Shown: one piece after another, positions 38,247 through 47,900 of the stretch
How the letters are laid out: every line of letters starts with the position of its first letter
How positions within the stretch are numbered: position 1 is the stretch's first letter
Source of the DNA: Sphingobacteriaceae bacterium
GTDB lineage: Bacteria > Bacteroidota > Bacteroidia > UBA7662
Direction of reading: 5' to 3'
DNA: 64,000 nucleotides
Assembly (NCBI GenBank): GCA_030682795.1
Contig: JAUXNJ010000031.1
Coordinates: 49,772 to 113,771, forward strand
The notes under the pieces: generated by a model
The model's input: the letters and a program-made list of their open reading frames with translations, nothing else
Told to the model about the DNA's origin: nothing
Database searches by the model: none
Program-made: the position numbers and the translations under genes

Positions 38247-39788
38247 ATGCGCAACCGTTTATTATTTCTGTGCCTGTGGCCACTGCTCGCTGTTCTACAG
38301 CAATCGTGCGATACCCGCATTAAGGGTGAGTTACTCCCAAATCAGCCGCCAAAAACCTTCACTGTGGTGGATACTATTATTCGAAACGGAAACGACCGAT
38401 TTACCAGCACGGTGCTGCTTAATTGGTGGGGAACCGACCCAGACGGATTTGTAGTGGGGTATGAATTTACTTTTGACCCAAATCCCGGGCCTGCTACCGT
38501 TTGGATTGCTACCAACAAAACCGACAGCACCTTTTTGTTAACGGTACCTTCAGGTCAAGACACTTTTGATTTTCGTTTCACAGTTCGCGCCATCGATAAT
38601 GAAGGATTAAAAGACCCTAACCCTGCCTCAGTACGTTATCCTGTTAAAAACTCTCCTCCTGATGTGGACTTTGTATACGCCCCGGCTGGAGGCAATCCGC
38701 TTGCAGGAGGCTTTCCCTTGGTATCCTATCCTGTTTTGCGTTATGAATGGCTGGGGACCGACCCCGATGGCCTACAGACACTAGAAAGCTATGAATTGGT
38801 TTTCAATGATACCCTCAATGGCCCTGGTATTTTCACCTTATCAGCCACCTTCAATGAGGTGATTTTGAAGGCTGAAAACCTTAATGGTGTTGGAAGTGCT
38901 TGCTTGGTTTACCCCGGCCAAAACGAAAACCCCTTGGCTACACGCATGCAAGGACTGGTTTTTGAAGATTCGAACTATGTGTACATTCGTGCAGTAGATC
39001 AATCTGGCGCTCGCAGTGCGTGGCAACAGAGTAGACCAACTTATGTGAAAAGACCGACGAGTAGCTTTTTGTTGATCAATGCTTACAGCAGCGACCCCAA
39101 TCCCGACCTCAACGCGGCAAATATTCAAGCACTTTACCAAACGGAGTTTAGCAATATTGGCATTACCAATTATGACCAAATACGTATTTTTCAGCGGCAA
39201 GGCAATCAGTTTATCAATCTAAGTCCGAATAACCGCACTCAGTCTTTGGTCTTTGACCTTTTTGATCAAATATTATGGGTAGGGCCTGATTTCGATATTT
39301 CCATTGTATTTGCCCAAAATACCCTAGGCAGGTTTTTAAATGGCGGCGGTAAAGTGATGCTGAGTTTGGCTTCCTCGCTTGGCTCAGCTGTGGTGAGCAA
39401 TTTTTATGAGTTTTCACCAATCGATAGTTTACAAGCAGCTCCTCCTGGTTTTGAATTTTTGCTGGGAGACACCTCTAGTTTAAGTCCGGTTGCTGCAAAC
39501 TACCCCACCCTGAGGTACCGTGGCTTTACTTCATCGGTACGGCCGATTAAATTTGTTGGAGGCGTGCAGCCTTTATACCGCGCCAACATTTTGCTCAGAG
39601 GAGGCAGCAATCCTTTTCCGCCTTTCCCCTTATTCAACGGAAACAATGTTATTATGGGGATGCGCACCAATACGAGCAACAACAGCAAGTTTATCATCAC
39701 CACCCTGGAATTACATCGGTTAAACAACAACAATAATTTAGGAGTTTTACTTGATCGCATCTTAAAAACCGAATTCGGGGTACAATGA
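38247..39788 (+). CDS. Lipoprotein with Ig/Fn3-like domains, unknown function
   Basis: Cys after signal peptide (LQQSC); repeated W.GTDPDG and RA(I/V)D..G motifs. Confidence 0.7.
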   Translation: MRNRLLFLCLWPLLAVLQQSCDTRIKGELLPNQPPKTFTVVDTIIRNGNDRFTSTVLLNWWGTDPDGFVVGYEFTFDPNPGPATVWIATNKTDSTFLLTVPSGQDTFDFRFTVRAIDNEGLKDPNPASVRYPVKNSPPDVDFVYAPAGGNPLAGGFPLVSYPVLRYEWLGTDPDGLQTLESYELVFNDTLNGPGIFTLSATFNEVILKAENLNGVGSACLVYPGQNENPLATRMQGLVFEDSNYVYIRAVDQSGARSAWQQSRPTYVKRPTSSFLLINAYSSDPNPDLNAANIQALYQTEFSNIGITNYDQIRIFQRQGNQFINLSPNNRTQSLVFDLFDQILWVGPDFDISIVFAQNTLGRFLNGGGKVMLSLASSLGSAVVSNFYEFSPIDSLQAAPPGFEFLLGDTSSLSPVAANYPTLRYRGFTSSVRPIKFVGGVQPLYRANILLRGGSNPFPPFPLFNGNNVIMGMRTNTSNNSKFIITTLELHRLNNNNNLGVLLDRILKTEFGVQ

Positions 39789-40354
39789 TTAAAATAGCAC
39801 TTTTCGCCAGTGGATCGGGCAGTAATGTAGAGAACATCTACCACTATTTTAAAGGGCATCCACAAGTGAAGGTAGCCATGGTGGTGTGCAACAAGCCTGA
39901 TGCTTATGTAACAACCCGCGCTCGGAATCTACGCATTCCATTGACCTTAGTAAGTAAGCGTTCATTGGAGGATACAGGAAGTCTGCTTTACATTCTGCAA
40001 CAAGAAGGCATTGATTTTATAGCCTTAGCTGGCTTTTTATGGTTGGTGCCAACCGAAATCACGGCGGCTTATGCTGGCAAAATCGTCAACATCCACCCTG
40101 CCCTATTGCCCAAACATGGAGGCAAGGGCATGTATGGAGCACGCGTACATGCGGCTGTTTTAGCAGCAAAAGAAAAGGAAAGCGGCATTACGATTCACCA
40201 TGTGAATGAAGCCTACGACGAAGGGGCTGTCATTGCCCAATTTAGTTGTCCGGTTTACCCCATTGATACGGCCGACAGTTTGGGACAAAGGGTACATGCG
40301 CTCGAGTACGAGCATTATCCCAGGGTTATTGAATCTTTGTGCACCGCTCTTTAG
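39785..40354 (+). CDS. purN: Phosphoribosylglycinamide formyltransferase
   Basis: FASGSGSN, LAGFL, NIHPALLP, SGITIHHVNEAYDEG. Confidence 0.96.
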   Translation: MIKIALFASGSGSNVENIYHYFKGHPQVKVAMVVCNKPDAYVTTRARNLRIPLTLVSKRSLEDTGSLLYILQQEGIDFIALAGFLWLVPTEITAAYAGKIVNIHPALLPKHGGKGMYGARVHAAVLAAKEKESGITIHHVNEAYDEGAVIAQFSCPVYPIDTADSLGQRVHALEYEHYPRVIESLCTAL

Positions 40355-40368
40355 TGGTAACAACAACC

Positions 40369-40803
40369 CTATTTTACCAGCGTAAGCTTGCGGGGTTTGG
40401 TTCTACCTCCGTACATCACATGTAAAATCAAGAGTTCATCGCTACGTAATTCAAGATTTGCGGCATAGCTAAATCCCTTTTCCACATCCAACCAATCGCC
40501 TTGCACCCAACGTGTGCCAGCGGCTTGCATGCCTTGAAGCACGACCATGTTTTTTAACGGCTTGAGATAGCGCTCATCCCCTTTAGGGCAAGTATTACAA
40601 ACGGCAGACCTGCTTAACACAGAACCCACTGGTATGGCCACAATGCGTGCTCGAAGACCAGATGCTATTAAATCGAATTGCAAATGCGCGACCACCGACT
40701 CGCTCGTACTGCCGTGCATGGCCCAAGTACCTTTAGGCACTTTTGCTTGAGCAAAGGTTAAAACCGGCAGGAGCAGCAGCGCCCAAAGAATCATTTTTTT
40801 CAT
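40369..40803 (-). CDS. DUF2147-like exported protein
   Basis: Signal peptide; CxxC followed by KPL..MVVL.GM, W..G..LD.E.G.SY pattern. Confidence 0.6.
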   Translation of the reverse strand: MKKMILWALLLLPVLTFAQAKVPKGTWAMHGSTSESVVAHLQFDLIASGLRARIVAIPVGSVLSRSAVCNTCPKGDERYLKPLKNMVVLQGMQAAGTRWVQGDWLDVEKGFSYAANLELRSDELLILHVMYGGRTKPRKLTLVK

Positions 40804-41375
40804 TTTTTAGCTTTGGAGGTGCGGGCAATTTCTGACAGCTGAACCTCATTGGTACCATCGGTTAAAAATTCAGCAAAACCCATTAGGAAGGGATACAAAA
40901 GATTAAATAAGGCTGCAGTAGCGCGTGCATCGCCAATGGCCCGGTGCCTTTGATCGACTGTAATGCCCAGCGAGGTGCATAACTTGCCCAAGGAGTACGA
41001 AGGATGGCCAGGCAGAAATTTGCGGCTATTTTTGAGGGTGCAAATCTTTTCCATCTCTAAAACGTGACCCAGCTCTTTGAGCTCGTGGCGCAGGAAAGAA
41101 TAATCAAAATTAACATCGTGTGCAACAAATACACAATCGCGGAGCTGAGCCATTACCTCTACCGCCACCGTTTCAAAAAGCGGAGCTTCGGCCACCATTT
41201 CTTCCGAAATACCAGTAAGCTCAACCACAAATGGCGGAATAGCTACATCGGGACGAAGTAAAGTATGCCACTCCGACACTACTTCTTTACCATTGTGTCG
41301 AATGATAGCCAAGTCGATAATGCGGTTGCCAGGGAATTTACTTCCAGTGGTTTCTATATCTACAATTGCAAACAA
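40800..41375 (-). CDS. DEDDh 3'-5' exonuclease (DnaQ-like)
   Basis: VDIETTG, FVAHDVNFDY, HRAIGDARAT; TTG start. Confidence 0.9.
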   Translation of the reverse strand: MFAIVDIETTGSKFPGNRIIDLAIIRHNGKEVVSEWHTLLRPDVAIPPFVVELTGISEEMVAEAPLFETVAVEVMAQLRDCVFVAHDVNFDYSFLRHELKELGHVLEMEKICTLKNSRKFLPGHPSYSLGKLCTSLGITVDQRHRAIGDARATAALFNLLYPFLMGFAEFLTDGTNEVQLSEIARTSKAKK

Positions 41376-41485
41376 AGGGTTGCTTTTGGCTCAAAAATAA
41401 GCGTAATGCGCCAATTTTAAGACTTTGGCAAGAAACTTAATTTAGGCTTCATACAAAAACAGCTTCCAATTCGTACATTGGGAAC

Positions 41486-42442
41486 ATGAATGGGAAGCTG
41501 CATTTTACGCATTGGTGGTGGCTGCTGGTCTTGCTAGCGGGACTATCGGGATGTGGCGACCAATCGTATTTGCGCATTGATGGTTCAAGCACGGTTTTCC
41601 CCATTACAGAAGCGGTTACTGAATTGTACTACAAGCAAGCTGCCCCTTTGCGGGTGGTTATTGGCGTGTCGGGCACCAGTGGTGGCATGCAGAAATTGCT
41701 GCGTGGTGAAATTGACATCTGTAATGCCTCCAGGGCCATCAGTCTAAACGAGGCAGCGGCTTTTACTGCCAAAAACATTGAGCTTCTTGAGGTACCCATT
41801 GCCTACGACGGCATTGTAATTGCCGTAAACAAAGAAAACAACTGGGCACACGACATAACCGTAACAGAATTACAACAACTGTGGCGTACGGAAAGTCAGG
41901 GCAAGAAAATACGCTGGCGCGATTTACGTGCGGCTTGGCCAGCGCAAGAAATAATTTTATTTGGTCCTGGCGCGAAAAGTGGCACCTACGATTTTTTCAC
42001 CTCATCTATTTTAGGTAAGGCGGGTGCGGGAAGAGGCGACTATGCTGCCAGTGAAAGCGATAACATTTTGATAAACGGCATCAAAAGCAATAAAGGGGCC
42101 TTGGGCTATTTTGGCTACACCTATTTTAAAGAAAACACCGATCAATTCAAGGTTTTGGCGGTGATTAATGATTTACAGCCGGGTGCTCAGGCTGTTTATC
42201 CTTCACCCGACAACATCAAAATGCAGGCCTACCAACCCCTAACGCGCAAACAGTTTTTATACATCCGAAGAGCTGCTTTGAGCAAGCCAGAAGTAGCTGA
42301 TTTTGTGCTTTTTTACCTTCAACAATTGCCCGCCTTGCAAAGCACCTTGCAATTTGTGCCACTCCCTGAGGCCGAAAGTCTGCAAACCCAAACCCAGCTA
42401 CTGCATTTAATTAAGTCCAATGAAGCAAGAAAAGCTGATTGA
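41486..42442 (+). CDS. pstS: Phosphate ABC transporter substrate-binding lipoprotein
   Basis: Lipobox LSGC; DGSSTVFPI, SGTSGG, SGTYDFF. Confidence 0.93.
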   Translation: MNGKLHFTHWWWLLVLLAGLSGCGDQSYLRIDGSSTVFPITEAVTELYYKQAAPLRVVIGVSGTSGGMQKLLRGEIDICNASRAISLNEAAAFTAKNIELLEVPIAYDGIVIAVNKENNWAHDITVTELQQLWRTESQGKKIRWRDLRAAWPAQEIILFGPGAKSGTYDFFTSSILGKAGAGRGDYAASESDNILINGIKSNKGALGYFGYTYFKENTDQFKVLAVINDLQPGAQAVYPSPDNIKMQAYQPLTRKQFLYIRRAALSKPEVADFVLFYLQQLPALQSTLQFVPLPEAESLQTQTQLLHLIKSNEARKAD

Positions 42443-43304
42443 GAGTTTGTTAAAACTAAGTGGTTGGCTCAGCTTAGGAATCACCATGAGTGTGTTGGGG
42501 GTATTGATCTACCAGTCCACCGCATTTTTTAGCGCAGTACCCCTCTGGGAATTCCTTACTGGCACTTCATGGATACCATTTGCGGAAAAAAAAGCCTATG
42601 GCATTTGGCCTCTGCTTAGTGGCACCTTGCTTACTGCAGGCATTGCGCTGTTGGTGGCCATGCCTCTTGGTATACTCATTGCAATTTACCTCAGCGAATA
42701 CGCAACCAATAGCTGGCGCAGGATTGCCAGACCGGCGCTGGATTTACTCGCCGCCATTCCAACTGTGGTATACGGTTTTTTAGCCTTGGTGTTTTTAACC
42801 CCCTTGTTGCAGTGGGTTTTTCCCGGCATTGAGCCCTACAATGCGCTCTCGCCTGGATTGGTAATGGCTTTTATGATTTTACCCATCATTACCAGCATCA
42901 GCGAAGATGCCATGCGCGCTGTTCCCAAAACAGATAAAGAAGCAGCCCTGGCCCTGGGTGCCACGCGCTGGCAAGTAGTACGAAAGGTAGTGGTTCCAGC
43001 TGCTTTCAACGGCATCACCGCTGCTGTGATTTTGGCTTTTTCAAGGGCCTTGGGAGAAACAATGATTGTAAGCATTGCAGCAGGCCAGCAGGCTCATTTC
43101 ACCTTCAATCCTGTGGTAGCCATTCAAACGGCAAGTAGCTATATTATCCAAATGAGTTTGGGAGATGTGGCCCAATCTTCGATCGAATACAGTACCATTT
43201 TTGCTATAGGCCTGAGCTTGTTTTTGCTCACTTATGCACTCAACAACCTGAGCTTTTGGTTCAGAAATCGTTATCGGAAAAACACGACTTTACAAGCTGC
43301 ATGA
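42420..43304 (+). CDS. pstC: Phosphate ABC transporter permease
   Basis: AIYLSEYA, LAAIPTVVYG, EAALALGATRWQ, SRALGETM. Confidence 0.93.
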   Translation: MKQEKLIESLLKLSGWLSLGITMSVLGVLIYQSTAFFSAVPLWEFLTGTSWIPFAEKKAYGIWPLLSGTLLTAGIALLVAMPLGILIAIYLSEYATNSWRRIARPALDLLAAIPTVVYGFLALVFLTPLLQWVFPGIEPYNALSPGLVMAFMILPIITSISEDAMRAVPKTDKEAALALGATRWQVVRKVVVPAAFNGITAAVILAFSRALGETMIVSIAAGQQAHFTFNPVVAIQTASSYIIQMSLGDVAQSSIEYSTIFAIGLSLFLLTYALNNLSFWFRNRYRKNTTLQAA

Positions 43305-44194
43305 CGCCTTTCACCAATATATTCACCCTGATTGAAGCCTTTGAAAGCTGGATTGATAAGCAGCGAAAAGGCAGCTTTGCAGTCTATGGACTGATTTTCA
43401 CCCTGCTCGTGCTCAGCATGGTATTGGCCTTGTTTTTATATGTGAGTTTAGCCGGCTATCCCCGCTTAGATCGTGATTTTTTCACGGGGTATGCCTCCAG
43501 AATACCTGAACAAGCGGGTATTTTGCCAGCCTTTTTAGGCACATTGTGGGTGCTATTTATGGTTGCCATCGTTAGCTTTCCATTGGGAGTGGCGGCAGGC
43601 ATACACCTCGAAAAATACGTCACTAATGACCGTTTTTCTCGCTTTTTAGAGGTCAATATCATGAATTTAGCTGGTATTCCAAGTGTTGTTTACGGCTTGT
43701 TAGGTCTGCAATTTTTTGTACGAAGTATGGGACTTGGCGAGAGCATTTTGGCAGCCTCCCTTACTTTGAGCCTAATGGTATTGCCCCTGGTTATTATTTC
43801 CACTAGGGAGGCCCTCCGCATGGTGCCGCACACACACCTGGAAGCCGCCTATGCTTTGGGCGCCACAAAATGGCAAACCATATGGCTACAAGCACTGCCG
43901 CAAGCCTTACCCGGCATCGTTTCAGGCACCTTATTAGCGGTAAGCAGGGCCATCGGTGAAGCCGCTCCTTTACTGGTTATCGGCGCTTTGGCTTTTGTAC
44001 CCTTTGCGCCCGTATCGGTTTTAGACTATTTCACAGTGCTACCAGTGCAGGTATTTTTCTGGCTAAGTAAGCCGCAAAATAGTTTTTTAGTAAATGCCTC
44101 AGCCGCTATTTTAGTCCTTTTGAGCATCACCCTTCTTCTTAATCTGCTAGCCGTAGGAATACGCGAGCGCTGGCACAAACGCATTCAAAGCTGA
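43301..44194 (+). CDS. pstA: Phosphate ABC transporter permease
   Basis: [35 protein letters not shown]; ATG at 43301 overlaps the pstC stop. Confidence 0.93.
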   Translation: MTPFTNIFTLIEAFESWIDKQRKGSFAVYGLIFTLLVLSMVLALFLYVSLAGYPRLDRDFFTGYASRIPEQAGILPAFLGTLWVLFMVAIVSFPLGVAAGIHLEKYVTNDRFSRFLEVNIMNLAGIPSVVYGLLGLQFFVRSMGLGESILAASLTLSLMVLPLVIISTREALRMVPHTHLEAAYALGATKWQTIWLQALPQALPGIVSGTLLAVSRAIGEAAPLLVIGALAFVPFAPVSVLDYFTVLPVQVFFWLSKPQNSFLVNASAAILVLLSITLLLNLLAVGIRERWHKRIQS

Positions 44195-44940
44195 TGGTTA
44201 AAATAGAAAGTCGCCACTTAAACTTCTGGTATGGTAACAACCAGGTGCTTGATAACATCTCCCTGCAAATCGAAAGAAACACCGTTACCGCCCTTATTGG
44301 TCCTTCTGGATGCGGAAAATCTACTTTCTTGCGCCTCTTTAATCGCATGAATGAACTGATCCCAGAAAGTAAACACCGCGGCGAAGTACTCATGGATGGG
44401 AAAGACATTTACCAAGCCAATGTAGATGTGTTTGAGCTGCGTAAAAAAGTTGGAATGGTTTTCCAAAAACCCAATCCCTTCCCCAAAAGCATTTATGAAA
44501 ACGTGGCATTTGGACTTAAAATCAAGGGCATCAACCACCAGGTTTTTATCAAAGAGAAGGTTGAACGAAGCTTACAGCAGGTGAGTTTATGGGAAGAGGT
44601 AAAAGACAAGCTCAGCAAACCTGCCTTGGCTTTGTCGGTTGGTCAACAACAACGCCTGTGTATTGCCAGGGCACTGGCTGTTGAACCGAGCATTTTGCTC
44701 ATGGATGAACCTACCTCCTCACTCGACCCATTAAGCACAGCTAAGTTGGAGGAGCTCATCAGGGAGCTGAAAGCTGAAATGACCATTTTGCTTGTTACCC
44801 ACAACATGCAACAGGCCAAACGCACCAGCGATAAGACTGCCTTTATGTACAAGGGAAACATCATCGAATACGGTAAAACGGCGAGCTTTTTCAGCAATCC
44901 GAGCAACCAAAGCACACAATCCTACCTGAGCGGGCAGTAA
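44194..44940 (+). CDS. pstB: Phosphate ABC transporter ATP-binding protein
   Basis: [51 protein letters not shown]. Confidence 0.95.
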   Translation: MVKIESRHLNFWYGNNQVLDNISLQIERNTVTALIGPSGCGKSTFLRLFNRMNELIPESKHRGEVLMDGKDIYQANVDVFELRKKVGMVFQKPNPFPKSIYENVAFGLKIKGINHQVFIKEKVERSLQQVSLWEEVKDKLSKPALALSVGQQQRLCIARALAVEPSILLMDEPTSSLDPLSTAKLEELIRELKAEMTILLVTHNMQQAKRTSDKTAFMYKGNIIEYGKTASFFSNPSNQSTQSYLSGQ

Positions 44941-44963
44941 GCTATGATTCGGCCCAACTAGCT

Positions 44964-47900
44964 TCAGCGTTGCAATAAAATGCGCCCACTGCTATGCTCC
45001 TGGGCTTGCCACAAACGGTACTGGTAAAGTCCATTGGCCCATTGGCTGCAATCCACCCGTTGCCTTTCACCTGCCTCTAACTGCAACTGCTCCTGGTGCA
45101 CGCATCTCCCGTGGGCATCGTACACGCTGAGCCAAGCATTGGAGCTTGCTTTTGTTGATTCGAGCCAAAAATAATCCTGCGCCGGATTAGGGTATAACTT
45201 AAAGCCCCCCAAAGCTGTTTCGGAAACAGACGTCGGGAATCGCGCTTGACAAAGCGTATCGTTGCTATTTAACACATCGAGACTCAAATTTTCAGGGTAG
45301 GCGCAAAATACAATCGCACCGGCTTCGACCCAGGTCCAAGACTGCGAGAAGGTATAGTGGATGGTATCTCCAGCGGGTATGAGCCGTTCAACAGGACTCA
45401 CGCTCAACTCCACTCCATTGACCCGATAGGCCATGGTATAATTGCTGATGTTAAGCGAGCCAAAATTACGGATGGCTACCTTTACTGGATAGAATACACC
45501 GGGCTGAACATCTGTCAGTACAGGCTGAAGTAAGGCAACCACACCCAAATCAATCGTACCAGATGGTATAAACAGTGCGGTATCGTTATACACACAGCCA
45601 TTATTGTAAAGCTGAAGCACCACCAAGTCGGGAGTAGCAGCCATTTGCCGTTGGTGTTGATTGGCGTTGCCTAAAAGTTGTCCAGCAGCATTTCGCCAAC
45701 GTATGCTATCGGCAGGATTGCGCACCAAAAGTCTGGCACTCGGCAGTGCAATTTGATTACTAAAACCAAAAGGAGCCGCACCTTTTCGGCCAGCAAAAAC
45801 ACGGATGTTATTGTCTTCCATGGTCGTTGCTTGCGATAAATGCTCCACACGAAAATCATGCTCATGCAGGCCTTGAACAAAAAGCAGGGCCGTTTGTCCA
45901 GCGTTTAGCTGCATAGGGGTTTCAAACATTAATGGGCTAAATCCTCCGGGTGTATTGCCTCTGGTGCTACCTAAGAGCCGCATGCGCTGCTGGTTTACAC
46001 TTCCTGTGCCAGGTTCTTCTCCCAACAAATAAGCGTCAATACCTGTAAAACGGGTTATTTGAAGCTCTATACCACTCAATTCAAGCTTTCGTTTAGCTTC
46101 AATCTTAAACCAAACACCCCGGGCAGAATCTATACCAGCCAAACCAACACTAAAAGCGGAAGTAGTGGCTAGACCCGCATCAAAGCTATGCTGACTTCTC
46201 TGTGGAGCACTCACATCGGCGAGCGCTGTTTGAAGAAACCCATCCATGTAGCTTTGTATTGGGCTGCTCAACAGGGTGTCGGACTGGGTGAGGATGCGCC
46301 ACTGCACCAAAGCACCTGCAGCTTGCGCCGGGATGCTTGCGGTATAAGTGCCATTGGCTTGTACAACCATGGGCACAGCCACTTCTGCACCACCATTGAC
46401 AGCAAAACGCAGATGTATGGTTTGCAGACTGCCTGCTCGCGCAACCCGGGTGCTTACCAAATGCGGTTGCGGACTGCAATGTGTAGCTGGCATCAAGCTC
46501 GTTTGGTAGGCGAATGCCCCTGGCGATTCTTTGATTTCAAAAGCATCTACCGCCAGTCCCTCCAAGGCGGAAATGAAACTACTGGTATCAAAATCGTTAA
46601 AAAAACGGAATCTAAACTTAACAGAGGCCTGCCCCGCTAAAAAACTCAAGTCATGCCGACACTGTCGCCAGCCTTCACTGTTTCCAGACCAAAAAGCGCC
46701 GGGCCTGTTTAGTCCTGGAGGTACGGGTCGGTTGTACCAATTTTCGCCTGTAAATAAACTGCCCAAGGGTTGCCAACTGCTGCCGCCATTCGTACTGTAT
46801 TGTAACTGTGCTGCCATGCGATCCCCCATCAAATATTGAATGGCAAAAGCCAATTGTGGCTTTATCAGATTGGAAAAATCGAAGCAAGGGCTTTCCAAAG
46901 CACTGCGTTCTGCGGTATTCGGTAAGCCCGTTGGGGATGTTACCCAGGCGGATGTGCCAGAAAAGGCACTGTTGAGTGCAAAAGCGGCAGGTTGGCTGCG
47001 TTGCCAACTGCTGTTTTGACCCGTATGACTCCATGCGCCCGTATTTTCAAACCCCTCGAAATAGGGGTAATTGCTTACGCTACCATTTCGTTGGAGCCGC
47101 AGACTAATGGTATCATTCACAAATTCAACATCACCAATGTTGGCTGCAAAAAACTTAACCAGCGTTTCTGAACTGCTGTTAAAAGGCAATTGTAAATGTA
47201 CCGTATCACTGTCGAATGGCTGAAATACCCGGCTAACTTGGCGGAAAACAGGGGGCGCTTGACCAATCTGAATACCTACACGTGGCGTCAATATGGTTGT
47301 TCCATCATTGCGCACAAAAAAAACTGCGCTCAAATTGCCGCTAAGACTGCAGGGGTCGAGCTGAACCTGGACACTATCAAGCACCAGTTCATCACCTAGC
47401 ACCGGGGCAAATTGGAGGTTATCGATGGCCCAATCAGAACGCGGGCCATTGCCACGCACTCCAATAAACCGTAGCGCATCAGCACCATTTTGCACAAAGC
47501 TCCGCCTGGTTACCCAAGCAGCATCTGCACTGTTTTGTTGCTGGCCAACCAATGGAGCACCCAAAGGCAACCACTGACCAGCCACCCGCTGTTCTAATTG
47601 CAATGAACCCAAATCAGCACCATAGCCGTGTAATCGGTAACTAAATTGCGGCGATGGTAGGCTATTTAAATCGATGCATTCGATCAAAAAGAACGCGGTA
47701 TCACCAGGTTGACCAAGACTGGCATCAAAGTACAAATAATGCCCTGTTGAAAGCCCGCTTGCGTCTGTGGCGGGACCTGTAAATGCGGTGGGGGTTGGAC
47801 CTCGCTGCACCCGCCAAGCCACATTTCCTGTGCTCCTGTTGCTCCATCCTAATTGCGTTTGCTGGGCACCTGGTAACAACTGCTCAAAAGTCTCAGCAAA

